Shown here: piece by piece, positions 28,363 to 46,944 of the stretch | Layout of the letters: each line of letters begins with the position of its first letter | Numbering within the stretch: position 1 is the stretch's first letter | Assembly: GCF_023055435.1 (NCBI RefSeq) | Contig: NW_025963780.1 | Location: forward strand, 43,214,001 to 43,278,000 | DNA from: Haliotis rufescens | Lineage: Eukaryota | DNA: 64,000 nucleotides | Direction: 5' to 3' | Notes under the pieces: model-generated | The model's database searches: none | Told to the model about the DNA's origin: nothing | The model's input: only the letters and a program-made list of their open reading frames with translations | Made by a program: the position numbers and the translations under genes

Positions 28363-28549
28363 GGGACATATCAGTACTATAACGAAAAACAAACGCTATA
28401 ACAATATACTTGGAATAAATATTATACCTTGCCAGGTCTAACCCAAGGCTGGTAGGGTTTGATAGGCTGATAGGATATATATGGGATATCACCTGGTCGC
28501 GGATACACATTACAAGGATATATATGCATAGCACCCAAGTTCGCCTTGA

Positions 28550-28982
28550 ATGACTGAGATTGGTTCAACTCCGCTTTTCACAGTATTCCAGAATATTCGG
28601 CTTAATGTGGGAGGAAATCCCGAAGTGATGCAGGTCTCAGGCATTTACCACTTTGATGAATCCACGAGCATGGTACCTAACCTAAAACATAATAGGGGCG
28701 AACCCACACTCAAAGGTTTCTTGGATCGGGTTGTCAGGCTCGCTGACTTGGTTGATGCATGTCATCGTATCCCAATTGTGTAGATCGATGCTCATGATGT
28801 CAATCACTGGATTGTCTGGTCCAGACTCGATTATTTACAGACCGCCGTCATATAGCTTGAATGTTGCTGAGTGCGGTGTTAAACAAAAAAAAACAACCAA
28901 TCATAGGTTTCTGCCGTGCCCAAGGGACGCAATTCTGCACAGCGAATTGCGGCGCCTTGGCCGACTGGGCCATCCGTGCCCG
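28550..28982 (-). mobile_element. SINE family C interrupted by a plus-strand SINE B (28722-28900)
   Basis: Family C resumes after the B copy; TSD TCA(A/T)AGGTTTCT at 28710-28721 and 28901-28912. Confidence 0.85.
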
Positions 28983-29450
28983 GTATACGATGAGTAGATT
29001 ATTATAGAGGTTTTACTTTCTGTGACGGTCGTTGTCTGAGATCAGACAGACGCATCACCACTGGTTTAGTCAGGGTAATACTCATACAAAATATCATTAC
29101 CATAATCAGATGAATCTTTTAAGAACTCGATTCTTTGAAACCCCGTTAATCTGATATACCATTTCCAATTATAGCGTCCGGATTAACAAATGTCCGGAAT
29201 AGCGAATAATGGATATGCAGTAATCTCAATTTGAATACATGTATCCGGTATCGTTCGGGGAGACAGAGTTCACTTATGGATTTCAGCATCTTTATTGTCA
29301 ATGCAACGCTACGCGGATTCATACAGTTTGCACATCGGTTTTTCGATTCATACCTCAATGAACCGAATAAAATACACAGACAATCCTTAAATGAATAATT
29401 AAAGACGTACCTTTCATTAATGTCTGAAGTAACATTATAAATAAATTGCT

Positions 29451-29663
29451 ACCCGTGACGATCCGGGGCAGAATAGGTCTTCATGCTTGCCGTAAAAGGC
29501 TACTATGCCTGTCGTAAGAGGATCGCGTGGTCAGGCTCGCTGACTTGGCTCGATGCTCATGATGTCAACCACTGGATTGTCTGGTTCAGACTCGATTATT
29601 TACAGACAGCCGTCATATAGCTGGAATATTGCTGGGTGCGGCGTTAAACAACAAACAAACAAA
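29451..29663 (+). mobile_element. SINE family B
   Basis: ACCCGTGACGATCCGGGG head, body, (AAAC)n tail. Confidence 0.85.
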
Positions 29664-30541
29664 TGTATCTATATATAAATTGCAAATGATTCCTTCACAT
29701 TTGATTAGCTAACGATAAACCTGAATAAACGTAGGCCACGTCAATTAGCTGGCTATTGCTTCCTGATTGGCTAGTTATTGAGCCGGCGGGGTTTGTGTTT
29801 GCGGTGAACGATGTCACTTATTTCATGTCATTGTTCACAGAATTTGTGTTAATGATTAAAGAAGCAGTCTGTGAAGTTATTATTGTTTACCTTTTTATTC
29901 ATAAGATTTGACTTCCATATTAATTTGGTCTTTTCTTAAATAACGTTTTTTGAATGGATACTACGTGTCTCTTAAAGCTGGGTACTTCTGTAGTCGCAGT
30001 GAATGTAGAATAATTTTACAATATATTACAAAATAAATCATTGTTGGAAAGTAAGGATACCCATACAACCGCTGCACGCTACAACTGTGTTAGAGCCAGT
30101 GCAAGATTTAACTGTATGTATGATTCAGCCAAGTGATTACTGTAATAATCACGATATGAAATCTCACTCAACCACTTTATCCACCAGACAATCAAGTCAG
30201 GGCCAGTTCGTGTTCATCAATACTTCAGTTACAAGTTCACGGGGCTCATCAAGATTTACTCTTTACGGACCCTGACGAACCTCAAGTCACATACCTCACG
30301 ATATCCTTTACCTCGCGACACAGGTGTGACGCGATTAGGCAAGACAGATACGCCAATACTGAGGGCATTAATGCTACCAGATCAGCGTTAACAATGTCGT
30401 CTGACAATGTCGTCTGACAAGACAAAGGTTACCGCAAGGGATTCGAAACCATAACAAGCCTATCCTATAATCTGTGTCTCCTGGGCTACCAGTGTCGTTC
30501 AACAACAGAACAACTCTCTGTGGTAATACAATGAACAAATA

Positions 30542-30717
30542 CGGTAAAACTACGGTTATAACGACCTCAAAGGGACTACTAATTTTAGTTAGTTATAACC
30601 GTAGTTCGTTATAAGCATACGTACAGTATAACTACAGCAAAGAGTCGGGTCCAAAAAGTAAGTTCGTTATATCCGTCAGTCCGTTATAAGCGTGTTCGTT
30701 ATAACCGTAGTTTACTG
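30542..30717. mobile_element. Tigger/pogo-like MITE, inverted relative to the 23134 copy
   Basis: Same internal sequence reverse-complemented, TA flanks. Confidence 0.85.
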
Positions 30718-31137
30718 TACGTCGTTCTCATTTATTATTTAAATTGTTTAAACTTCAAAGATTAAACTTAAAGATATCTAAATGAGAATACCTTGTTGAA
30801 AAAGAGACGAGTTCGTGGGGAGACGCGTCTGTACTTATTGATAATAAGTAACTAACAAGGGTAGGGTAGATTTCACAAAACATACAGGCCTGACAAAACT
30901 CAGATTAGAAAGGACACGCACCTCCAAATGACAAAGGCGCTACATGGTTACGCGCGAGTCGCACACGGCGACCGTGTTACCCAGGACCAATGAGATTGCC
31001 CCCACCCTGACGACGAACACAACAAAGGACCGGGTACTGGTATATAAGGGTGGAGGTGGGTGGATTGGCATACTTCAACTCTCAACGAGACTTCATCGCC
31101 AGTCCAGTGAGTTTTTGTATAGTGCCAAACTTCAATC

Positions 31138-33536
<2,399 letters not shown>

Positions 33537-33914
33537 GTACAACTCCATCCTCCATCCCCTTTGATGCAACATGAAATCCGATTTAAACATCTTTGGGAGA
33601 AAATAACTGATACACACAATACAACCACTGTGATCTCAGGTATAAACCAAAATGTATTTAATAGGTTTCATATATGTGCCAATAAAAATATTTTTGACAA
33701 ATATAGATTCCCCTGTACTTTTATTTGTCCAATGAGTGCATTCTAAGAGTTGTAAGGGGGGCACCTTTGATCCAGTCATCTGCAGCGACGCCATTTGCTG
33801 TGTTGAGTTGTGTCCCTTATGCGCACCAGGAGCCAATGATCCAAGCTTGGAATCCCTGGCCGCACCGATAATGTTTCTTATTTATCAGCACCATACCCCT
33901 GCTCATGTCCCCGA

Positions 33915-34104
33915 AGATTGGCCTTCAGCGACCCATGCTTGTCGTAAGAGGCGACTGACGGGATCGGGTGGTCAGGCTCGCTGACACTTGGTTGAGGCAT
34001 GTCATCGTGTCCCAATTGCGAAGATTGAGGGGGGTGATGTCAATCACTGGCATATTGTGCGGCGTTTAACATCAAACAAACAAACAAACAAACAAACAAA
34101 CAAA
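33915..34104 (+). mobile_element. SINE family B, internally deleted
   Basis: CCCATGCTTGTCGTAAGAGGCGACT motif and (AAAC)n tail. Confidence 0.75.
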
Positions 34105-34534
34105 ACCCGTGGTCGCGAGTTTCACCAAAGTTTAAGACCTGCAACACTTCCACATTCAACTCACAGTCAGTGATGATAACCGAAGTTCTGTTAAAAAAGG
34201 CGTTAAACTTAACTAACTCAACGAGTATTTGTGATTATTTTGATTAATAAATAGATTTTGAGGGGGCTAGGTATCGTTTTTCTTATAATTGAAGATGAGC
34301 AAGCTTTTTACTCAAACTGATTTTTTTAGATGTAAAAACAGTTCATACACATTGTAACAAATTCATCTTGGGTCACATACTTGCTCTGACTTAGATTCAC
34401 ATGAAACATAGCTTACAATCGCGTTATACCCGTGACGATTCGGGGTTCGGGGTTAGAAATTTCCCCAGGAACCTACGCTTGTCTCCCGTGAAGATACGGG
34501 TAGAATTGGCCTTTACACAAACACAAACTATAAA

Positions 34535-34725
34535 GACGTGTAGTATTCGTTGCTTCCCTTTATCGTGCCAGGATCCGACGATCGTGAGTTCGAATCTCAG
34601 ATTAGCCCTGATTATAGTCCTTGGTTCGTCTACACCCTGCACCATTTTAGGCCATCTCATACTACATCAACGCGCCATATATAATATATAACTGCAGTAA
34701 AGTTCAAGGTGGCGTCAAACCGTCA
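34535..34725 (+). mobile_element. SINE family E (B-box GAGTTCGAATCTC)
   Basis: Homologous minus-strand copy at ~51100-51455; tail GTGGCGTCAAACC resembles the shared SINE tail. Confidence 0.65.
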
Positions 34726-35294
34726 TATAACTGTGTACCGCGTTAAATAACAAACAAATCCCGTGCTGGTCGCAGATGCAATTACATGTAGCGGGCAGTC
34801 AAACTCGGTGGCGTGGTTGCTGGCGTGTCGACCTACTCCGAATGTGCGGGACGGTGTTCATAATACACTCACTGATGTTTACAGACCGCCGTCATATAGT
34901 TGGAATATTAGTGCAGCGTTAAACTGCAAAGACACGCTATGATGCTGCAAGTAATATTTCAGCAACAAGTCGGAGTGAGCCTCTGCTACACTTAACATAC
35001 AAATCGTAACAGTACCCATGTGTATATAAGCTATCGATACGAATGCTTGCGGGACGGGGTAACACACTAGCCAAAACCTCGAATCCCTCCAGAAACATAT
35101 CAGTTCTTCTTATCTACCAACTGTCAAGCAGAGATTATATTGCTGTTGGGGAGGCACAAGTAGACTAGCTATGAGTGCACGACATGTTTTGGGTAGTTAT
35201 TAGCAACGCGCTGGTGTCCATTGAGCAGACAACCACCCACAGCCTTATCACCAATGCACCTCAGACTTGACTGAGCTGGATTTAACGCGATTGT

Positions 35295-35495
35295 TTTTTT
35301 GTTTGTTGTGTAACGCCGCACTCAGCAATATTCCGGCAATATGATGGCGGGCTATAAATAATCGAGTCTGGACAAGACAATCTAGTGATTGATGTCATGA
35401 GCATCGAACCACGAAATTGGGATCGATGAAATGCAGTCAGCGAGCCTGACCACCCGATCCCGTCAGTCGCCTCTTACGACAAGCATAGTCGCCAA
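35295..35495 (-). mobile_element. SINE family B
   Basis: Reverse-complemented body and tail. Confidence 0.8.
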
Positions 35496-35689
35496 TATGA
35501 ATAATAATCAATCAATTTATTGAACTCAGTCATTGCAATTATTAATATTAGGAGTTTTAAACGAATTCATGATAATAGCAATTGACAATTTATTACTGAT
35601 ATCATTAATTCTATTTTTAGATATCCTCATGTGACTGGATTTATATGCTGTTTACACTACCAAGGGGGCGGACATTAAGAATCTACCCG

Positions 35690-35692
<3 letters not shown>

Positions 35693-35747
<55 letters not shown>
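35693..35747. repeat. (CA)n microsatellite
   Basis: Direct. Confidence 0.97.
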
Positions 35748-35749
<2 letters not shown>

Positions 35750-36400
35750 ACATCCCTACCCCCCACCCCATCCCACCCCCCGATACACACACCACTCGAA
35801 GAAAACAGTTTTTTTCACTTGGATGTCTGAGCGGGAGACAAATCTTAAATCCGGCTACGAATGTTATACGTTGTTTACGAGTCGGTGAAAGTCACGTGAC
35901 ACAGCACAGATTAACCTGAGCTCAGTCGAACAAGATAAATTCGTTATAGATGTTTCACTCGGGGTATATGTGGTTTTATGTGGTTTTAATTCCACAAAGC
36001 ATACATACCCCTCGTGATCCTGCTACAACTTATAGTGTTGTCAATGTAGAGCTGGGCTACCTGTAGACTTAACAGTCACAAACTACATTTGGAACCGACG
36101 GCTCAGAAAGATTTGACATCATTATGTTGTAGTCTCAGAAAATTGATTTCTGAAATCTGAAAATACGAATAATACTGTAAAGCAGTGCCCCGCAGTCACT
36201 ATTAAATTGACTGCTAACGCCGGGCATCTCCGGATGTCTCGAACTGCCTAGTACCTCGACACTTCTGTTCAGTCCCCAATAAAGGACATATTAATATCCC
36301 CTTGTTGCGTGTTTAGCTGGGGAGTGTGAGATCAAGATAAGGATAGGACACACGAAGCACTATCGTAGCGGGAGTGATCTCAGTTTCTTTCTTCGACAGA

Positions 36401-36566
36401 GTGAGTGAGTGAGTATGGTTTTACGCCGCTTTTAGCAATATTCCAGCAATATCACGGCGGGGGTCACCAGAAATGGGCTTCACACATTGTACCCATGTCG
36501 GGAATCGAACCCGGGTCTTCGGCGTGACGAGCGAACGCTTTTACCACTAGGCTACCCGACCGCCCC
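36401..36566 (-). mobile_element. SINE family A, near-consensus, 11-bp TSD
   Basis: TSD TCTTCGACAGA at 36390-36400 and 36567-36577. Confidence 0.93.
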
Positions 36567-36647
36567 TCTTCGACAGAACACTCCATCTACCCATTACATA
36601 AAACAATCAATATCATACCGGTAGTGATCGAGACAACATTCTAGCTT

Positions 36648-36872
36648 CATATCACGGCGCGTCAGTTTAACGTGGGAGAAGTGCTCGAAGTGATTCAAGT
36701 CTCAGACGTTTACCTCTTTGGTTAAACCCGCGAGCACGGGTATGGTGCTTACAAACCTAGACCCATAATCGGAGCGAACCGGGATTTGAACCCACACTCA
36801 TAGGCTTCTGGTGTGCCCAAGGGACGCAACCCTGCACAGCGCATTGTGCCAACTTAGACAACTGGGCCACCC
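36648..36872 (-). mobile_element. SINE family C
   Basis: Reverse-complemented family C. Confidence 0.8.
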
Positions 36873-38116
36873 ATGTATAACAGTAATAAAAAAGAATAGT
36901 AGCTTAATCAACACTTTGACTAGATACAGTCAAGCCTTGTTAATCCCTCATTCGCTAATCCGACAATCGGCTTTATCCGATTGACAAGTTTGTTTTACAC
37001 TTCCGAAATTCATATAATTGACAGGATACAATGGCATCCAATTAAGTCGGGTGCGACCAATTAACAACTAAGAGTTCATTAACTCAACACTCTTATGAGT
37101 GAATAACCTCAACGGGGAAAGATAGGGAGATATAGACACTGAAGGCTTATCCCTAAAGCAAGTCTCGTGGACAATAAAATAGACGAAAACGCCTTAATAG
37201 CAAACTAGTCTTATAGACCAAAATACAAGGTACTTGACTTACGGAGTATCTAGACTCACAGTCATTAAGAAAAAGACCTTGACTCCCAATCATAAATAGG
37301 TACTTGACCTAAACTAAGCGATCACGGTAAAGTTGGTTATCCACGGATTACTAGAAAAGCCGGTTCAAAATATGAAAGCCTAGCTAATAATGTTAGCTCA
37401 ATACCACCAGAGTAAGTCAGTACCAGGGAGTAAACTGCCCCATAACCACTTACTAATGAAACCTAAGTTTTGACCTGACCAAAACATAAGCAAGACGACC
37501 CGTAAAGATTCTAGCGATACCCGGGGGTAAAACACATCAGTTCGCCCAGAGTTTTATACGAATGACGAGCTTAACAAGATGTGTTTTCAAACATAGGGAA
37601 AACCCGACTGGCAAACTTACTATTAAACCAATGGAGATACCTCAGTAAAGCGCTGAAAATACGCTATCCAACGGTGCCACGAAACATCATAGATTTACAA
37701 CCATATATGTACAGTATCTACCAGTACTAGATAATCCCACTTCTGCGTGATATTATCAAAATTACAAAAACATGTTCAATACATGAATATATATGGGACA
37801 ACGACGACCGCCGGACATTGTCGAATGGTTACGGAAGCCGGACAAATTGATAGAGAGGGAAGCCGTGACTAGACTGGTTGTACGACCCAGTGACACCCCC
37901 TCGAAGTGAACGAAGTGGGGATAAATACCTCACTGTGGTATTCCTACCGCTTGAGATCAAATCGTGCATGCATAAGACAGCACTGCAATATAATTACAGT
38001 ATGGGGCAAAATAAATTCACTGCCACATAACTTGATGTACCCTTCACATTTGATTAGCTAGCGGACTACTGTTTCCTGATTGGTTGGTAATAGAGTGGGC
38101 GGGGTTTGTGCTTGAA

Positions 38117-39883
38117 CACTTCCCCCTGAGACTTCTTCTAGGGCACTGTGGCTGGCCCTCCTCCTGGTCCCAACACTTCCCCCTGACACTCGTCCTAGGG
38201 CACTGTGGCTGGCCCTCCTCCTGGTCCCTACACTTCCCCCTGAGACTCGGTCTAGGGCACTGTGGCTGTCCCTCCTCCTGGTCCCTACACTTCCCCCTGA
38301 GACTCGTCCTAGGGCACTGTGGCTGGCCCTCCTCCTGGTCCCAACACTTCCCCCTGAGACTCGTCCTAGGGCACTGTGGCTGGCCCTCCTCCTGGTCCCA
38401 ACACTTCCCCCTGAGACTCGTCCTAGGGCACTGTGGCTGGCCCTCCTCCTGGTCCCAACACTTCCCCCTGAGACTCGTCCTAGGGCACTGTGGCTGGTCC
38501 TCCTCCTGGTCCCAACACTTCCCCCTGAGACTCGTCCTAGGGCACTGTGGCTGGTCCTCCTCCTGGTCCCTACACTTCCCCCTGAGACTCGTCCCCCTCC
38601 TGGTCCCTACACTTCCCCCTGAGACTCGTCCTAGGGCACTGTGGCTGGTCCTCCTCCTGGTCCCTACACTTCCCCCTGAGACTCGTCCCCCTCCTGGTCC
38701 CTACACTTCCCCCTGAGACTCGTCCTCCTCCTGGTCCCAACACTTCCCCCTGACACTCGTCCTCCTCCTGGTCCCAACACTTCCCCCTGAGACTCGTCCT
38801 AGGGCACTGTGGCTGGTCCTCCTCCTGGTCCCTACACTTCCCCCTGAGACTCGTCCTAGGGCACTGTGGCTGGTCCTCCTCCTGGTCCCTACACTTCCCC
38901 CTGAGACTCGTCCCCCTCCTGGTCCCTACACTTCCCCCTGAGACTCGTCCTCCTCCTGGTCCCAACACTTCCCCCTGACACTCGTCCTCCTCCTGGTCCC
39001 AACACTTCCCCCTGAGACTCGTCCCCCTCCTGGTCCCTACACTTCCCCCTGAGACTCGTCCTCCTCCTGGTCCCAACACTTCCCCCTGAGACTCGTCCTA
39101 GGGCACTGTGGCTGGTCCTCCTCCTGGTCCCTACACTTCCCCCTGAGACTCGTCCTAGGGCACTGTGGCTGGTCCTCCTCCTGGTCCCTACACTTCCCCC
39201 TGAGACTCGTCCCCCTCCTGGTCCCTACACTTCCCCCTGAGACTCGTCCTAGGGCACTGTGGCTGGTCCTCCTCCTGGTCCCTACACTTCCCCCTGAGAC
39301 TCGTCCCCCTCCTGGTCCCTACACTTCCCCCTGAGACTCGTCCTAGGGCACTGTGGCTGGTCCTCCTCCTGGTCCCTACACTTCCCCCTGAGACTCGTCC
39401 TCCTCCTGGTCCCAACACTTCCCCCTGAGACTCGTCCTCCTCCTGGTCCCAACACTTCCCCCTGACACTCGTCCCCCTCCTGGTCCCAACACTTCCCCCT
39501 GACACTCGTCCCCCTCCTGGTCCCAACACTTCCCCCTGAGACTCGTCCCCCTCCTGGTCCCTACACTTCCCCCTGAGACTCGTCCTAGGGCACTGTGGCT
39601 GGTCCTCCTCCTGGTCCCTACACTTCCCCCTGAGACTCGTCCTCCTCCTGGTCCCAACACTTCCCCCTGAGACTCGTCCCCCTCCTGGTCCCAACACTTC
39701 CCCCTGAGACTCGTCCCCCTCCTGGTCCCAACACTTCCCCCTGAGACTCGTCCCCCTCCTGGTCCCTACACTTCCCCCTGAGACTCGTCCTAGGGCACTG
39801 TGGCTGGTCCTCCTCCTGGTCCCTACACTTCCCCCTCAGACTCGTCCTAGGGCACTGTGGGCGTCCCTCCACCTGGTCCCTAC
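38117..39883. repeat. GC-rich minisatellite with interspersed 57-bp and 37-bp units (CACTTCCCCCTGAGACTCGTCCT[AGGGCACTGTGGCTGGTCCT]CCTCCTGGTCCCWA)
   Basis: Direct; the short unit lacks the 20 bp between two GTCCT direct repeats. Confidence 0.95.
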
Positions 39884-40576
39884 AGAGTTGACGATGTCGT
39901 TTTACTGACAAAACAATGGTAACAACACGGTTACAGAAACCATAAGAAACAAATCCTGTGATCTTTCATGTTGATTTTTGGCTGTGCATTTTTTTGTTAA
40001 ATACTGTAGTAATCGTATTAAACTGTTTCTGTTAAGATTCAGTTGTTCATAACATTGAGTTTCAACGACAATTAGACTTTTCGTAACAAAATTAGAACAA
40101 AAATCAACGCTTATTGTCCTGGACCTTGTCTTTGCAGTAATTCGATTTAGACATGATGCATACATGTTAGAGGCTAAGACGAGTTGGTTGAATGTGATCG
40201 ATTTTGACTGCAAACATGAGTTGCAATTTTGAAACAATTTCTCATAATTATCTTGTATAATTTTTACTATTATTTACGGCAGTAGTTCAGGAGTTTTTTG
40301 TACTTCAAGTAGCAAAGAAAGTTCTCACTGTGTTCAAACTCACAAGACTCTCAGATAAGAAAGACGCCTCCTAACTGATTAAATCCCTTCCTGGTTACGT
40401 GAGGGGCACACAAAGCGACTCTGTTGTCAAGAACAAATGAGATAGCCCCTACTCTGCCGAAGAACACAGCCAGCGACGGTTATGTAAGGGTGGAGGTGAT
40501 GGACGGCAATACTTCAACTCTCCACGACACTTCATCACCGTTCCAGGGAGTTTTTGTATAGTGTCAAACTCCAATC

Positions 40577-43303
<2,727 letters not shown>

Positions 43304-43335
43304 TAGCGGGGTTGTGGGTGGGATGTGGGAGGGGG

Positions 43336-43367
<32 letters not shown>

Positions 43368-44064
43368 GGGTGAGACACTTATACATTCAATACAACCAGT
43401 GTGATCTCAGGTGAAACTAAAATGTAGTTGTGCCAATAATAATTCAAATATTTTTGACGTATAATAAGTCCCTGTTCTTGTATTTGTCCAATGAACCCGT
43501 GACGACCCGGGCAAGAACAGGTCTTCAGGAGGAGGCAACTAACGGGATCGGGTGGCCATGGCTCACTGACTTGGTTGATGCATTCCCGGGGAACATTAAC
43601 TAACCAAGAGGGTTCGTCAGCCCATGTCCCCATCCAGACCCGTGGACAACGTATCATGTTTCAGCGGATTGCTTTGGAAGTGAATAATTAAAGACGTACC
43701 TTTCATTAATTTCTGATGTCAAATTATAAATAAAGAGACGTAAAAGGCGACTATCGGTGCTCATGATGTCAATCACTGGATTGTCTGGTCCAGACTCGAT
43801 TATTTAAAGAACCGCCGTCCAAAAGCTGGAATATTGTTGAGTGCGGCGTTAAACAACAAACAAACAAACAAGCAACATGGTGGCTACATATTGTTTTTAA
43901 AAGAAAGTTGTCTGCCTCAAAATGTCCATTTCGCGTTTTACAAAAATATTTTGGCGCATGGTTTTAATTAATAAAAGTGTTGCAGCTGTAACTGAAAACA
44001 TAACAGGTCTCAATAACCCTTTAATACCCCACACACCCCTCCCCGCCCCCGTTAACTATATATA

Positions 44065-45578
44065 CACATGCACACAAGTTAAGCGCCACCCACCATATTT
44101 GTTAGCTGTTACTTTTGGCACTTAATGATGACTATTATAACGAGATGTACGATTGTTATAAGCCGTATTTGTAAACCTCATGTAATGCAAAAGTTGTCCC
44201 AAAGCAAGTTTATCTTGTGTTCCAAAAGAATATGAGCAGAAAGAAATTTTACCGAAGACCATAAATTGAAGGATTAGAAAACATTGAAAAACTTCTTTTG
44301 TCATGTAACTGTCATGATATCAGCAGACCATACCAGGTGTCACATAGACACCCTAGGGAGTGCAGAGTCTATTGCAAGACAGAAACGTCAGTAACGTGTG
44401 TATGGTCCACGGACATTGACCACAGCTTCAACCCTACGCCTCATACTCATTACAAGTCGTTGAATGCTTCTCTGAGGCAAACGGATCCATTCTTCATTAA
44501 GTGCGGCTTCAAGTCCAGCGAGATTTTGAACTGGGGGATCACGATGTCTGATTTTCCGGCCAAGAATGTCCCACAGATGCTCAATCAGATTAAGATCCGG
44601 ACTACAGGCCGGCCAAGGAAGAGTGGCAATAGCTTCTTGACGCAAATAGCCAAAACTGTCCGAGATCTGTGTGGTCTAGCATTGTCGTCCATGTAAACAG
44701 GTCTTGTCTGAAGAGGATGGTTGTCAAAATGAGGGACTATCACTGGACGAAGAACGGCATCTTGGTATTGTTGGCCATTCAGGTTTCCACGAATTGTCAC
44801 CAGTGGAAAGGAAACACAACCCCATATCATGACAGACCCCCGCCACATGCTAAGGTCTTCTGGATGTTCCTTGGTGCAAAACGAGTATTACGTTGCCTCC
44901 AAACACGTATTCGACCATCAACAGTTCGTAGCAGCATTCGACACTCGTCAGACCAATGGATCCTTCTCCAGTTGGCCAAGTTCCATCGACTACGGGCACG
45001 ACACCATATCAGACGATTCCGCATGTGCCTCTCAGTCAGTTGAGGACGTTTTACTGGTCTTCTGGCGTTATAACCAGCCGCTCTGAGGCGGCGCCTTACG
45101 GTCATCGTCGAGAGTCTCTGATGGGTAATCCACTGCAGTCTTAAATCTGTGCCTGTCATTGACATCATTGGTTTGAATATGTTTGACAATCAAACGAGTG
45201 ATAACACTGTGATGACGACCCATTTGTCTTGCAATGGCCCTGCATGACATGACAGCATTTGTCATGCCTATCACTTGCCATATTTCAGCGTTCGTTAACT
45301 TTCCCCTCACCATGGCTAATTTTCAACCTCTATTGGAAGGGGAATCTCACACAGGAGCAAAATGCAACCACGTGTCTGAAACTTGAATTTCACTATTTAT
45401 AGGGTAGAGGAACTGCAGCAACACGTAAAGCACGCTTTCCTTGTGGTATCTGGACAAATTTGGGTTCATGAACTATGGAAGCCTAATTCAGTCATACATC
45501 ATCATATTTCGTATTTCTGATTCCACACGTGAAATCAAGAGACTATGAATATGGTGGCGCTTAACTTTTGTGCATGTG
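44065..45578 (-). mobile_element. Tc1/mariner DNA transposon (DD34E type), ~1.5 kb, transposase frameshifted
   Basis: 26-bp TIR CACATGCACA(C/A)AAGTTAAGCGCCACC in TA context; ORF pieces 45313-45068, 45189-44827, 44848-44585, 44645-44388 carry HTH, HWSDE, YMDDNARPH and WPACSPDLNLIEHLW motifs. Confidence 0.93.
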
Positions 45579-45719
45579 TATATATGACGACGGCCTGTAA
45601 AAATCAGTGACTGTATCAAGAACCCCGTCCCACACATTCGGGGTAAGTTGATACGCCATCCACAGTGCCATCGTGTCTGACCACCCGCTACGTGCAGTTG
45701 CATCTTACGACAATCATAG

Positions 45720-45950
45720 GTTTTGTTCGTTTGTTTGTTTGTTGTTTAACGCCACACTCAGCAATATTCCAGCTATATGACGACAGTCAACACATTCCAA
45801 TGATTGACATGATGAGCATCGATCCACGCAATTGGGATACGACGACATGCATAAACCAATCAGCGAGCCTGACCACCCGATCCCGTTAGTCACCTCTTAC
45901 GACAAGCATGGGTTGCTGAAGACCTATTCTGACCCGGATCTTCTCGGGTG
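45720..45950 (-). mobile_element. SINE family B
   Basis: Reverse-complemented head, body and tail. Confidence 0.85.
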
Positions 45951-46944
45951 AACACATCGGCTGCTGGTGACATATTCTAACCCGTAATACCAATGTAAGC
46001 AGCGTAATAACTTATACTACACTACTACAAGACATATAACAGACAGGAGAAGTCGATACTAGATATTCTACTATGACATTGAAGAATGCTTGATTCTGAT
46101 TGGTTAAAAGGTAGAGGTAGAAAAGGTATCTACTGTACACTGTTACTGCACCAAATTTCAAAAGACATTAGTTTTATCTCCTAAATAACCACTGAACATC
46201 GCCTGTTCCTCCAGAGGTTGTGGGGGGCTCTATTAAATGGTAATATGAATCAATCAATTCATTGAAATCAATCATTTCAATCGTTAATACTGGCAGTTCT
46301 AAACGAATTCGTGATATTTGTAATTGATATTATTTATTGACATCAGTAATTCCATTTTGAAATTTCTTCATATGACTAAATAATATCACAAAATCGAAGT
46401 TCGATATCATAAAGAAAGACTTTAGGTATTAAAACGTTGTTTCAATATAATGGTATCTTATAACGAAATAGTATGTCTGTCTCTGCTTTATCAATAGTGG
46501 TCAATAATATTCGTGTTAAAAGTTATTATGATTACAATGATATCTGGATTTATATGCGACATTACGTAGTTTACACTACCGACGCGGACGACATTTATAC
46601 GCACGCACGCACGCACGCACATTCTTCGACAGAACATTCTAGCTGCACGTGTTGTACCCCTTCGGCCAACTCAACTGTTATGGTGTTTATTCGTCGTTGA
46701 AGCATGACTACTGGGTCTAAATATATCATATCTACGTAGGATGTATTTGATCTCATGTGGGTTATAGCCCCCATTTATGAATTACTTGGTAAGTACAAGG
46801 TGCGTTTCACATTAAAAATCAGCTAACACAACGGTCCCAAGAATACGTCGGCTCTCCATCAAACACAGATTTCCAACATTCGTTGGTGTTCCTCAAAACA
46901 CCGACTTCTAACTATGTCGGATCTCCTTCAGACTGAGCTCCAAA

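Noticed and set aside
38084-39911. ORFs with HFPLRLVLGHCGW / RGKCRDQEE repeats
   Set aside because: Translations of the minisatellite; the 37-bp units shift the frame repeatedly
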